This document shows, one piece after another, positions 35,734 through 44,599 of a DNA stretch of 64,000 nucleotides. Below the pieces are notes generated by a model. That model did no database searches. It was not told the origin of the DNA and saw only the letters and a list, made by a program, of their open reading frames with translations. Position 1 is the stretch's first letter. Every line of letters begins with the position of its first letter. The position numbers were made by a program, and so were the translations under genes. The stretch lies in the IMG/VR virus record IMGVR_UViG_3300041413_000047, positions 1 through 64,000 of that record; one strand, given 5' to 3'. This DNA comes from a virus (taxonomy: Duplodnaviria; Caudoviricetes).

Positions 35734-36138
35734 TCACTTGCCCTTCGCGAAGTAGGCGAGCGGGTTCTCGTCGGAGATCAGCCACTCGTCGAACAGGTCG
35801 TCGCCGAGGCGCCGGTTCAGCTCGTCCATGATCCAGCCGCGCGTGAGGGCGAGTTCCTGAGTGCCGGGCTTGCCCTCGGTGGCCATCCACGCGAGGCACA
35901 GCACCTCGGTGCTCAGCTTGGCGGCCATCGCCCGCACCTTGGCCTCTGCCTGCTCGCGGACCGTGGCGGCGAGGGGTGCGACGGTCCAGCCGCGCGACTC
36001 AGCCTCGGCGCGGTCGATCCGGGTGTGGCGGTCACAGGCATGCAGCGGGATGGAGCCTTCGCGCGTCATGACGTGGGTGGCGGGCTCGCGGCAGGCGTCC
36101 CAGCACTTCGTGAAGGTGCTCTTGGCGGTGGCGTTCAT
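35734..36138 (-). CDS. Hypothetical protein with Zn-binding N-terminus
   Basis: GGGGAG RBS; CWDAC...ACDRH. Confidence 0.65.
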   Translation of the reverse strand: MNATAKSTFTKCWDACREPATHVMTREGSIPLHACDRHTRIDRAEAESRGWTVAPLAATVREQAEAKVRAMAAKLSTEVLCLAWMATEGKPGTQELALTRGWIMDELNRRLGDDLFDEWLISDENPLAYFAKGK

Positions 36139-36157
36139 TTCGATCTCCCCTGCTCTC

Positions 36158-36219
36158 GGGTGGCTTGCCACCTCCAATATGACACACCCTTTGACGGGTG
36201 GCAAGCCACCTGTCACCAT
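36158..36219. promoter_or_regulatory. Divergent promoters with two inverted operator copies
   Basis: GGTGGCTTGCCACC (36159) and GGTGGCAAGCCACC (36197); + strand TTGACG-N17-CACCAT-N7-ATG; - strand TTGCCA-N17-CATATT. Confidence 0.75.
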
Positions 36220-36226
36220 GGGGTTC

Positions 36227-36412
36227 ATGGCCAACATGCACAAGCACCGACAGCGAGTCGTGCGCGGTATCCCAGACGAAGAGGTCGAGGCGTTCGACGC
36301 GGCAGCGCGGACGGGCGGAGGCGACCGATCCTCAGTCACCCGCGCCCTATGGGCGTGGTACTCCGGCCAGCCCGGCGCCGAACTACCCGACCGCCCCGAA
36401 CCCCGGGCATGA
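36227..36412 (+). CDS. Ribbon-helix-helix regulator, probably leaderless
   Basis: RQRVVRGIPDEEVEAF...DRSSVTRAL. Confidence 0.7.
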   Translation: MANMHKHRQRVVRGIPDEEVEAFDAAARTGGGDRSSVTRALWAWYSGQPGAELPDRPEPRA

Positions 36413-36469
36413 CGAAACACCCCTGCCGCCGCCCCGTGAAAGGGCAGCAGCAGGGGCGCACGCGTTGAG

Positions 36470-36613
36470 TCAGGCCTCGTCGTCGTCCACCGGCGGCGGG
36501 ATGTCCGGCTCGCGGAACGGGCGGATCGACGGACGCGGGGCGAGAGGACGGGCAGGAGGTGCGGGTGCAGGCGATGGGGCGGGGCTCGGGGTACGGGCGG
36601 CAGGATCAGGCAC
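36470..36613 (-). CDS. Pro-rich 47-aa peptide with acidic tail, not in ORF track
   Basis: GGAGA RBS; MPDPAARTPSPAP...VDDDEA. Confidence 0.4.
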   Translation of the reverse strand: MPDPAARTPSPAPSPAPAPPARPLAPRPSIRPFREPDIPPPVDDDEA

Positions 36614-36622
36614 GGCAGTCTC

Positions 36623-37309
36623 CTAGATGTACGTGAGGCGGCGCGGATCCAACGCGGCAGCCTGCGGCGGTGGACTATCGGACTCGCCCGGGTTCGGGGC
36701 GGCATCACGGCGGCACACCAGCACATTCGGATCCCAGTGCAGCGCCTGCCAACTGAACCCCTCCGGACACGACTCGCCGGCTGGACCCTGAGGGCCGACG
36801 TCGCCCGTGTCGCCCTTCTCCCCGCGCTCGCCCTGGGGACCCGTCGCACCCGGTTCGCCCTGGACACCCTGAGGGCCAGACGGACCGACCGGACCCGACG
36901 GGCCGACAGGACCCGTTGCACCGACCTCACCAGGGACACCCGGCGCCCCGCTCGCGCCCGGACTGCCGTCGGCGCCGGCCACACCGCTCCGACCTGGAAC
37001 CCCGGCCGCGCCCGACGGACCAACCAAGCCCGGCAACCCGGGATCGCCCTGCCGGCCAGGCTCCCCCGTCACCCCCACCCCCGGCGCGCCCGGCTCCCCG
37101 CGCGGACCCTCCATCGGCTTCCCGCCCAGATCACGCACCTGCTGCGCCAGCGTCCGGTTGTACTCCCGCTCCTCCCGCAAGTCGTGCGTCACGCCCTGCA
37201 CCCACAGCGCCATCAGCGCCAAACCGGCCAGCCCGGCCAGCAGCAGCACCGCGAACGCCACATCCTTGCGCCGCTGCTGCTGCCGCCAACTCGCATGCCC
37301 GCCAGTCAC
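36623..37309 (-). CDS. Membrane-anchored collagen-like protein
   Basis: N-terminal TM, more than 30 Gly-X-Y triplets, C-terminal Cys pair. Confidence 0.85.
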   Translation of the reverse strand: MTGGHASWRQQQRRKDVAFAVLLLAGLAGLALMALWVQGVTHDLREEREYNRTLAQQVRDLGGKPMEGPRGEPGAPGVGVTGEPGRQGDPGLPGLVGPSGAAGVPGRSGVAGADGSPGASGAPGVPGEVGATGPVGPSGPVGPSGPQGVQGEPGATGPQGERGEKGDTGDVGPQGPAGESCPEGFSWQALHWDPNVLVCRRDAAPNPGESDSPPPQAAALDPRRLTYI

Positions 37310-37653
37310 GTCCCGGCCCCCTGGCTCGTCAGATACAACGTCAGCAGCAGCATCAGCACCGGGGCGATCAGCGCCGAGAAGATCAGACGCCGGTCGGCGG
37401 CCCGACGGTCGGCGGCCTTCTGCTCCGCCTCCGCCTTGTCCTTGGCCTCCTTCGCCCGAGCTTCCTCGATCGCCTTGATCCGCTCATTCGCGAGACGCTC
37501 ACGATCTAGCTGGGCGTCCTTCTCGTACTGGAAGCGCTCGATCGACACCTTGCTGTCGAGCCGCCCGGCGACGTCGCGGAAGTCCTCCTTGAGGTCCTGG
37601 TGCACGGCCTCCAGGCGTCTGACGACCTCGCCGAGAGTCGGCTCGTCCGGCAT
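37306..37653 (-). CDS. Coiled-coil protein with C-terminal TM (lysis-associated)
   Basis: GGGAG RBS; C-terminal hydrophobic helix. Confidence 0.7.
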   Translation of the reverse strand: MPDEPTLGEVVRRLEAVHQDLKEDFRDVAGRLDSKVSIERFQYEKDAQLDRERLANERIKAIEEARAKEAKDKAEAEQKAADRRAADRRLIFSALIAPVLMLLLTLYLTSQGAGT

Positions 37654-37791
37654 GTAGTGCTCCCGTTCAGCCTGCCTGTCTTGACGGGCAGTGTGGCATC
37701 AGCGGATCGCCGAACGTTCCGGACAGTTGCGGCTTGACACCCGAATGCATAATGAATTTCAGCCGACCGGCCAACTGAATGGACGCCTGTC

Positions 37792-38040
37792 ATGCAGGAA
37801 ACCGCCCGCCGCCCCGGACGCCCCCGCAGCCCACAAGTCGCCGCCCGCGACGAACACATCTACCAACTCATCGCCCAAGGCACCGCATCCCGCAGCGCCC
37901 TCGCCGAGGCGACTGGCTTGGACCGACCAACCATCGCTCTCTGCGTCCAGCGGCTCAAACGGGCGGATCGAATCAAGCCCTGCCACGGCACGAACGGGGC
38001 CGCAGTATGGGTCGTCGCCGACGGCACCCCCTGCCCTTGA
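37792..38040 (+). CDS. Winged HTH protein
   Basis: SRSALAEATGLDRPTIALCVQRL. Confidence 0.65.
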   Translation: MQETARRPGRPRSPQVAARDEHIYQLIAQGTASRSALAEATGLDRPTIALCVQRLKRADRIKPCHGTNGAAVWVVADGTPCP

Positions 38041-38049
38041 GGACTTCAG

Positions 38050-38337
38050 ATGAGCGCCCTGGGATTCAACCGGTACCTCCTGCAATGCGACGGCTGCAAG
38101 GCTCGCCATGGTGAGCCGAACGGCCACAACTCCGCACACGAGGCACGCATCGCGGCGTACGTCGACGGCTGGCGTTACCCGGCCATGATCAAGTCGGACG
38201 GCAGTATCGGCACGAAAACTTCAGATGTGTGCCCTGACTGCATGCCCACGTGGGAGCCACAGCGATGGCGGGAGCGGGACAAGTCCCGCCAACTGCATCA
38301 GCATGAGGCGCCTACTGCCGAGGGGGCGGCACCGTGA
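38050..38337 (+). CDS. Zn-binding hypothetical protein
   Basis: CDGC...CPDC. Confidence 0.6.
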   Translation: MSALGFNRYLLQCDGCKARHGEPNGHNSAHEARIAAYVDGWRYPAMIKSDGSIGTKTSDVCPDCMPTWEPQRWRERDKSRQLHQHEAPTAEGAAP

Positions 38338-38726
38338 GCATCGTCGAGTACTTCTCCGCAGACGACGTCGCCTGGCAGACCAACGCACCCTGCGCCACCG
38401 CCGACTTCGACTTCATCCCCGACACCGAAACCGACACCGAAGCCGCCGAAGCCGAACAACGCTGGTGCCGCACCTGCCCCGCCCGCACCCGCTGCCTCGC
38501 CTGGGCCATGCTCCACGGCGCCGAAGGCTACTGGGCAGGCACCACCACCTACCAGCGGAAACAACTGCTCCGAGTACGGACCCGGGCGAAGTGCCCGCTC
38601 TGCCTGTCGACGCAGCTCGTGTACGCGGACCCGCACGAACTGTGCCTCGCCTGCGGAATCTCCTGGATCCGCGACGTGCGGGAGGAGCCGATCGCAGCTA
38701 CGCCGCTACCCGCGAACGCGGCGTAG
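38334..38726 (+). CDS. WhiB-family protein with C-terminal Zn ribbon
   Basis: WQTNAPC...CRTCPARTRC...GYWAGTT; CPLC/CLAC. Confidence 0.82.
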   Translation: MSIVEYFSADDVAWQTNAPCATADFDFIPDTETDTEAAEAEQRWCRTCPARTRCLAWAMLHGAEGYWAGTTTYQRKQLLRVRTRAKCPLCLSTQLVYADPHELCLACGISWIRDVREEPIAATPLPANAA

Positions 38727-39744
38727 CCTGCTGCGTCTCGTACGCCCTCTGCCACGCATCCACCCAGCGCCAGCTGTGGTCCCGCAAACGGAGCTGCTCC
38801 GCCACCGCGCGGCCCGCCTCGCTCATCTCCTGCCGCAGCGCCGCCGACTCCCGCAGCCGCCGCAACTCCCGATACCAAGTCCGCGGACGGTCAGCGAGGA
38901 GCCCGGCACCCATCTCGTGCAGCTTGCGGTACTCGGCCCGCGGCGACGCCACCCACGGCACACCGCACGCTGACATCTCCAAAATTTTGAGCCACGACTT
39001 CGCGGCATTGAAGCGTGTATCCGCCAACGGCGCGATCCCAATCCCCAGCGAAGCCACCGACCGCGGCCACTCCTCGAGCGGCACCCCGCCACCCACCGGA
39101 TCCTGCGCCAGCCCGAACGCCCGGCCCGCGCCCGCGCTGTCGCCGCGCATCACGAACTGCGCGCCCTCGTCGACCAGCCGGGCCACCGCACCCCCGACAG
39201 GATCAGCATCGTTCGGATGCGAATGGAACGACGCCGGCCAGCCGACCACATCCGAGTCCTGCCGCTCGAGCCCGTAGTACATGTCCGGCAGATAGTTCGG
39301 CAGCACGTGGCCGCGACCGTGCCGGGCGTACACGTCGAGGAGCGCCGGCGTGGACGCCGTCACCAGCGTCGCCTCCCGGCATGCCAGCGCGAGGTTGTGC
39401 CACGAGTGCGGGCCGCCGCCCGGCCGGTGTACGGCCCACGCCGGGTTCGACGGGTGGATGGCGGACAGGTCGTCGTCGACATCGACGACCACGGCGATGC
39501 CCTTCGCCCGCATGACGGCAACGGCCTGCGCCAAGTAGGCGTGCGTAACCCGCTGGAGTACGACGACGTCGGCGTCGACGAGGACGTCCTTGACGGTGCC
39601 GCCGTCCATGACGAGCTGTACACGCCGGTCCCGCTGCCGTACGACCGTGACGTCATGTCCGGCGGCGGCGCAGTGCTCGCCGGGCCAGATCGCCCGGAAC
39701 GAGCCGCAGCCGTGTTCGTCGCTGGGATATACGAGGGTCTTCAC
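38698..39744 (-). CDS. GT-B (GT4-like) glycosyltransferase
   Basis: DVDDDL, TASTPAL, GIAPL.D..FN.AKS.LK.LE.SACGVP. Confidence 0.85.
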   Translation of the reverse strand: MKTLVYPSDEHGCGSFRAIWPGEHCAAAGHDVTVVRQRDRRVQLVMDGGTVKDVLVDADVVVLQRVTHAYLAQAVAVMRAKGIAVVVDVDDDLSAIHPSNPAWAVHRPGGGPHSWHNLALACREATLVTASTPALLDVYARHGRGHVLPNYLPDMYYGLERQDSDVVGWPASFHSHPNDADPVGGAVARLVDEGAQFVMRGDSAGAGRAFGLAQDPVGGGVPLEEWPRSVASLGIGIAPLADTRFNAAKSWLKILEMSACGVPWVASPRAEYRKLHEMGAGLLADRPRTWYRELRRLRESAALRQEMSEAGRAVAEQLRLRDHSWRWVDAWQRAYETQQATPRSRVAA

Positions 39745-39772
39745 GTCCGGGACAGTAGGAGCCGACCGCCGG

Positions 39773-39784
39773 AGATCATTCCGG
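39773..39784 (-). promoter_or_regulatory. Late motif CCGGAATGATCT copy 1
   Basis: Exact 12-mer about 29 nt upstream of GT start. Confidence 0.65.
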
Positions 39785-40060
39785 GGTTGTGGTCTTGCGG
39801 GCTGTGCGCCGGGTGGCTGGGCGCTCCTCCTGATCCGTTCGCCCCGCCGCCTTCTCCAGCGTGTCGATGCGGGCGCTCAGCCTGCTGATGGTGGTTGCCG
39901 CGTGGTGGAGGTGCTCGTGCAGGTCGGTGATCTGCTGCTGCATCTGCTCGGCGGTCGGCGTCGAATCGCCGTCCGCCTGCACGCCCTTGGGGGTGCCGAG
40001 GAGTGCGGCGACTTCCTCGCGGGCGATGACACGCATCCGGCTGTCCAGCGGGCTGCTCAT
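39776..40060 (-). CDS. Small coiled-coil protein
   Basis: ATGA coupling to holin. Confidence 0.6.
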   Translation of the reverse strand: MSSPLDSRMRVIAREEVAALLGTPKGVQADGDSTPTAEQMQQQITDLHEHLHHAATTISRLSARIDTLEKAAGRTDQEERPATRRTARKTTTPE

Positions 40061-40260
40061 GCGTCCGCCTCCCCGCTGGCCGCAGCGCCCTTGTTGGGGA
40101 CGGCCCATGTGGCGACGGCGGCGGTGACGACCGCGATGGCGATCGTCGACGCTTCCGCCGAGGTGATGGTGTCGTCGTTCAGGGCGGTCGCCAGGGCTCC
40201 GCTGCCGGTCGCGACGGTGGCGACGACCGCCTTCCAGTACTTCGAGACCTTCATGGTCAT
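40057..40260 (-). CDS. Holin (two TM; Met-Thr-Met start)
   Basis: Follows amidase; VSKYWKAVVA...WAVPN. Confidence 0.75.
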   Translation of the reverse strand: MTMKVSKYWKAVVATVATGSGALATALNDDTITSAEASTIAIAVVTAAVATWAVPNKGAAASGEADA

Positions 40261-41015
40261 ACTCCCTTTTCCAGCGCGGTGACGCGCTTCTCCAGAGCGG
40301 ATAGCCGCTCCTCCGTCGTGGGTGGTTTCGGCTTCGGGACGGGCGGCACAGGCGCGCTCGGCGACCACGACGCCGCGTGCTTCAACCGCTCGGTAACGTC
40401 CACGCGGAACTGCCTGCCGGTGTAGGTGAAGAGGCCTCGCGTGCCGTACCCCTCGACGGGACCCTTGGGATCGATCTTCCCCTCGATGCTCGTCTCCTTG
40501 TGGTCGCCGCACGAGTTGGCGGACCACCCGTACTCGCGGCAGAACGCGGCGTTGATCCGCACCCACGCGTCGTACTGCACCCGCGTGTAGGTGTCCTTGC
40601 CGTTGCCGAGGTTCTCGGTCTCGATGCCGTACGCGACGTCGTTTCCGTCGACTGTGCCGGAGGCCTTCGATGGGGACGGGTGTACGGGCTCCTCGTTGAG
40701 GAACGAGGTGTATGCGTTCACGGCCATCAGCCCGGCGTGGTTTGCCCGGCCCGCGCTGCACAGAGTGGCCAGCCCAGACTTCGCGAGATGGATGTGGGCG
40801 AGCGGACCGGGCAGCCCGGCTACGCCGTTCTTCGCCACCGTGGCCAGCGAGTTGGAACCTGCGGTGTGGTGGTTCAGCACCATGTGCACGGGGCCGAAAG
40901 TCTTGCCGGTCTCGTCGTCGCGCTCGCGCGTGCGCCATCCCGGATACTCGGCGACCTTCACACCCTCGGCGCGCAGCACGATGAGCAGTCGGTCCGGCGA
41001 CAGTGGTACGGCCAT
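40257..41015 (-). CDS. Endolysin, N-acetylmuramoyl-L-alanine amidase
   Basis: LNHHTAG, ANHAG, YGIETEN, HKE...KIDP. Confidence 0.9.
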   Translation of the reverse strand: MAVPLSPDRLLIVLRAEGVKVAEYPGWRTRERDDETGKTFGPVHMVLNHHTAGSNSLATVAKNGVAGLPGPLAHIHLAKSGLATLCSAGRANHAGLMAVNAYTSFLNEEPVHPSPSKASGTVDGNDVAYGIETENLGNGKDTYTRVQYDAWVRINAAFCREYGWSANSCGDHKETSIEGKIDPKGPVEGYGTRGLFTYTGRQFRVDVTERLKHAASWSPSAPVPPVPKPKPPTTEERLSALEKRVTALEKGV

Positions 41016-42097
41016 CACACACCTCGATCCAATTCTGCGACCGGCACGGCAACGAGCTCGATCCGGTCGTATGCCGTCCAATTGCCCGTCTCGTACAACA
41101 CGCCGACGGTGTCCGCATTCAGCATGGCCATCGACGAGTACGCGGCATGCAGCCCCGAAATCTTGCGGCATGTCCACCAGGTGGCGCCCCCGTCGTCGGA
41201 GCGGCGGATCGCCATCGCTACCCGCCCGTCCGGATGCTCGGGGCCCGCATACAGCAGCGGCCCGCCCGGGACTTGCAGGAGACTGCCCTGGACAACCGGG
41301 GTGGTGATCGTGCCCTGCACCCGGTAGACGGTCTGCACCGTTGAGCCGCCGTCCGTCGACCAGGCGTCGGCGCGCGTGCCGGGGGCGGTGCCGTACTGGT
41401 CTCGGCAGTTGAAGTAGAGGCGCCCGTCCGACAGTTCGGCGACCGTCGTCTCGTTCTCGTTGAGGGCGCCGGACGGGTTGGACGAGGTGAAACCGATCTG
41501 CCAGGTGTGGCCGCCGTCGTCGGAGATCAGGGCGTGACCGCCGAGATACTTCGGCTCGGCGCCCGTATCGCTGCTCCCCGCAGCCGGGGTGCGGGAGTGG
41601 TTGGCGGGGATCACGAGGCGTCCCGCATGCGGCCCTTGGGTGACGGCCGCCCCGCAGCCGGGCCCGGTGGCGTACCAGCGCATCCACGACGTCTTGACGT
41701 GCGCGGTGATGTCGACGGGCGCCGTCCAGGTGGCGCCGTTGTCCGGGCTGCGCTGCACGTACACGGTCCGTACGGCGAAGCCTTTCAGGATGGTCGTCTC
41801 GGTGGCGCTGCCAGTATTGCCGCACGACAGGAGCACGAGATCCCCCGACGCCGGGTCGACGACCACCGTGGGGTTGCCTGCCGTGTCGGCGCCGCGGGCG
41901 GTGACGACTTGCAGAGGTGCCCACGTTGCGCCGCCGTCGGTGGAGCGCCGGCAGACGATGTCGATGTCGCCGCTGTCTCCGCCGCCGTTCTTGCGCCCTT
42001 CGGCGAACGCGATCAGCGTGCCGTCCTGCGTTCGGGTCAGGGCCGGGATGCGGTAGGTGTGGTATCCGTCGGTGCCGGAGGTGAACGGGGTGGACAT
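41015..42097 (-). CDS. GH33 exo-sialidase-like beta-propeller at tail-tip position
   Basis: YRIP motif; five Asp-boxes (S-x-D-x-G-x-T-W type); NE, NCR, GR, YS motifs. Confidence 0.9.
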   Translation of the reverse strand: MSTPFTSGTDGYHTYRIPALTRTQDGTLIAFAEGRKNGGGDSGDIDIVCRRSTDGGATWAPLQVVTARGADTAGNPTVVVDPASGDLVLLSCGNTGSATETTILKGFAVRTVYVQRSPDNGATWTAPVDITAHVKTSWMRWYATGPGCGAAVTQGPHAGRLVIPANHSRTPAAGSSDTGAEPKYLGGHALISDDGGHTWQIGFTSSNPSGALNENETTVAELSDGRLYFNCRDQYGTAPGTRADAWSTDGGSTVQTVYRVQGTITTPVVQGSLLQVPGGPLLYAGPEHPDGRVAMAIRRSDDGGATWWTCRKISGLHAAYSSMAMLNADTVGVLYETGNWTAYDRIELVAVPVAELDRGV

Positions 42098-42104
42098 GCG
42101 TCTC

Positions 42105-42644
42105 CTAGAAGGGGATGACGGCGATCTGCCGGGCGAGGAATGTGCCTGTTCCTGCGGTCACCCTGTATTTCATGGTGAACGTGTTGGAGCCCGGCGTCAG
42201 TGAGCTGATCATGTAGTGGCTGCCGAGGCGCTGCCGTTGTGCTGCCGGGAGGCCCGCAAAGTTCACGGCCTGGTTTTCCGAGGCGGCGAACGTGGTGGCT
42301 CCTGTCACATCCCAGGACATGAACGTTCCGTTGTTCGCTCCGCTGTTCTCGAACGCTGCCCGGATGAATACCAGGGCGCGGGATCCCGTATCGGCGGTGA
42401 CGCTGGGTCCGACTGTCGCCAGGTCGGTGTATGTGGTGCTCGCGGTGGTCTCCGACGTTGCCACGTTGCCGACATCGGGTAGGCGTTCGACGATCGAGTT
42501 GAGGCCGTTGCCGACGAAAATGGAACTGATCTGTGTGGCCTTCGCGACGGCTGTTTCGTTCAGGTTGTCGCGGACGTGGAGGTTGAACTGTGCTGCGGTG
42601 AACACCGTGTTGGCCACCGCCGTCATTGGCGCCGTCCAAGCCAT
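42105..42644 (-). CDS. Minor tail/fibre protein
   Basis: MAWTAP...AAQFN.HVRDN; position. Confidence 0.65.
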   Translation of the reverse strand: MAWTAPMTAVANTVFTAAQFNLHVRDNLNETAVAKATQISSIFVGNGLNSIVERLPDVGNVATSETTASTTYTDLATVGPSVTADTGSRALVFIRAAFENSGANNGTFMSWDVTGATTFAASENQAVNFAGLPAAQRQRLGSHYMISSLTPGSNTFTMKYRVTAGTGTFLARQIAVIPF

Positions 42645-42994
42645 CAGCGCACTCCGTTCTCGAGGTTTTCGTCGATAAGGTCCTGCACGCTCTGGCCGTG
42701 GGGGATCCGGAAGCGGATCGCGGCAGTGTGGTCTGCCGGGTACCAGTTGCGGGTGTGGGGGATCGGACGCAGGGCGAGGACGGCGGTGATCTCGTGCTCG
42801 TTCGACGGCCACTCGATAGCCTGGGTCTCGAAGTTGCAGTACGAGCAGCCGAACACCGTCTTTTTCCGCGTCAGTGCGCCACCCCTGACGGCCTTCTCGT
42901 AGAGGAGCTCGACGTTTCCGCACGAGGCCGGGCAGTCGGCCACCCAATTGCCCGCATACACATAGGCTCGGGCAGTCGTAACCAAAAGGTTCAT
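42644..42994 (-). CDS. Small Cys-containing tail-region protein
   Basis: CPASC...CSYC. Confidence 0.6.
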   Translation of the reverse strand: MNLLVTTARAYVYAGNWVADCPASCGNVELLYEKAVRGGALTRKKTVFGCSYCNFETQAIEWPSNEHEITAVLALRPIPHTRNWYPADHTAAIRFRIPHGQSVQDLIDENLENGVR

Positions 42995-43002
42995 TGGGTC
43001 AC

Positions 43003-44598
43003 CTATACCCCGAAGTTGTTTTCGTTGAATGTTGACTGGGTGTCCCAGATCCACACCGTGTCCGGGCTGCTGCATCCGATCGCATCGAAGGTGCCGTCGT
43101 TGAATCCGGCTCCGGTCTTGTCGAACGTGAACGGATTCGGGGCGCAGTCCTCCGACACTTTTTCGCACCCGAGGACCACGGAATGCACGGGCACGTAGTC
43201 GTCACAGTCCGCCGCCCCGGGAATGCGGGTGATGGTGTGCTCGACACTCTCGACATGGAACTCGGCGTCGAGCCCCAGCTCGCCATTACGAATGGTGATC
43301 ATGTCGGAGATGGTGCGTGACACGATTTGCTGAAGATGCGGGATGTCGCACGACACCACCCGCATTTTGACGATCGGCCGCCTACTGGAATAGGCCGCCA
43401 CGATCGCCTCGCCGACAGCCTGCACATCAGCCGGTGACGCGTACGGAATGTCGTTCGGGAAAGACTTCGTTCCGAAGACGCCGATCGATCCGGGGTCGCT
43501 CACGTTCACCCGCACGGTCCGCTCCACGAGCACCGGGCGCGCCCGCAGTTGCAGCGTCAGGACCGACGCGGGACCACCCACCGACGTCAGCCGGATGACC
43601 GTCGACTGACCCGAGTCGCGGGTGAGGACCGCGGACACCACCCCCGTACCCGACGTGGTGAAGTCGGTGTTCAGGACGGGTGTCACCGCGTCCCGGAACG
43701 GATCCGAAGCCTGCACCCGAATCTCGCGCGTCTCCCCCGTCGACAGGGTGAACATGCTGTCCGTCGACCACACCACGGCCGTATCGAACGTGGTGACCCT
43801 GTCGTTGACCTCCTGGTCCACCACGTTGACCACGTCGCGCCAGCCGTGCCGGTACTCGAACGGCGCCGTGTAGCTGAAGCCCGTCACCGCGGGCGCATCA
43901 CAGGTCACCTGCGTGGCACCGAACGCCGCCTGCGGCACGACGGACTGCGTACGCAGGAGGCGGTGATGGCGGTCCCGGAACACGAACGTTCCGTCCGGGG
44001 CGATGTAGGCGATGGCGGGCGGGCCCTCCGCCGCCACGATGTCGTTGATCGCGGTCAGTGCGTCCGTGTTCTCCGCCCACCAGAAGCGGGCGTAGGTGGC
44101 GCCGGCGTCGATGTCCCGTGCCCCCGTCCAGCCGATCTCGTCGAGGATGACGTCGACGATCTGTCCGGTGCGTAGCCCTGAGTGGAGGGCGGTGGACAGG
44201 CTGGCGTTCTGGAGGTCTGCGAGGCCGTCGAGGGCGGTGATGTCTGCTGTGCGGTCGGAGCGGTCGGGGTGGATGTCGAGGTCGTCGATGCGGCCCCGGA
44301 ACAGGGCGTAGTCCGTGCCGGCGATGGTGACGTCCATGGCGACCGGGCGGCCCGGTCCGAGGTCGTCGACGATGGGGGAGGCGCTGTTTTCGGGGCTGTA
44401 GATGCGGTGGGCGTTGCACAGGGTGAAGGCGGAGTTCCCGATCGAGGACGGGGACAGTTGCCGGTTCTGGTCTCGGCCGTAGCCGTACGTCCACCGGCCT
44501 TGGTTGAGGACGTCGGGGGTGACGTTCTCGTAGGTGCCGCCGGTGACGATGGTGTTGTTGTCCCAGTCGATGGTCAGCGAGTACTCGGGTGCGGCCAT
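43003..44598 (-). CDS. Minor tail protein (baseplate hub/distal tail)
   Basis: Directly after tape measure; beta-rich. Confidence 0.75.
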   Translation of the reverse strand: MAAPEYSLTIDWDNNTIVTGGTYENVTPDVLNQGRWTYGYGRDQNRQLSPSSIGNSAFTLCNAHRIYSPENSASPIVDDLGPGRPVAMDVTIAGTDYALFRGRIDDLDIHPDRSDRTADITALDGLADLQNASLSTALHSGLRTGQIVDVILDEIGWTGARDIDAGATYARFWWAENTDALTAINDIVAAEGPPAIAYIAPDGTFVFRDRHHRLLRTQSVVPQAAFGATQVTCDAPAVTGFSYTAPFEYRHGWRDVVNVVDQEVNDRVTTFDTAVVWSTDSMFTLSTGETREIRVQASDPFRDAVTPVLNTDFTTSGTGVVSAVLTRDSGQSTVIRLTSVGGPASVLTLQLRARPVLVERTVRVNVSDPGSIGVFGTKSFPNDIPYASPADVQAVGEAIVAAYSSRRPIVKMRVVSCDIPHLQQIVSRTISDMITIRNGELGLDAEFHVESVEHTITRIPGAADCDDYVPVHSVVLGCEKVSEDCAPNPFTFDKTGAGFNDGTFDAIGCSSPDTVWIWDTQSTFNENNFGV

Positions 44599-44599
44599 G

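Noticed and set aside
36780-37120. Periodic GC-rich repeats
   Set aside because: Explained by collagen Gly-X-Y coding; no CRISPR-like repeat-spacer structure here or noticed elsewhere in the window
40252-40260. Lambda-type dual-start holin/antiholin
   Set aside because: Met-Thr-Met has no added positive charge, so the antiholin logic is unsupported
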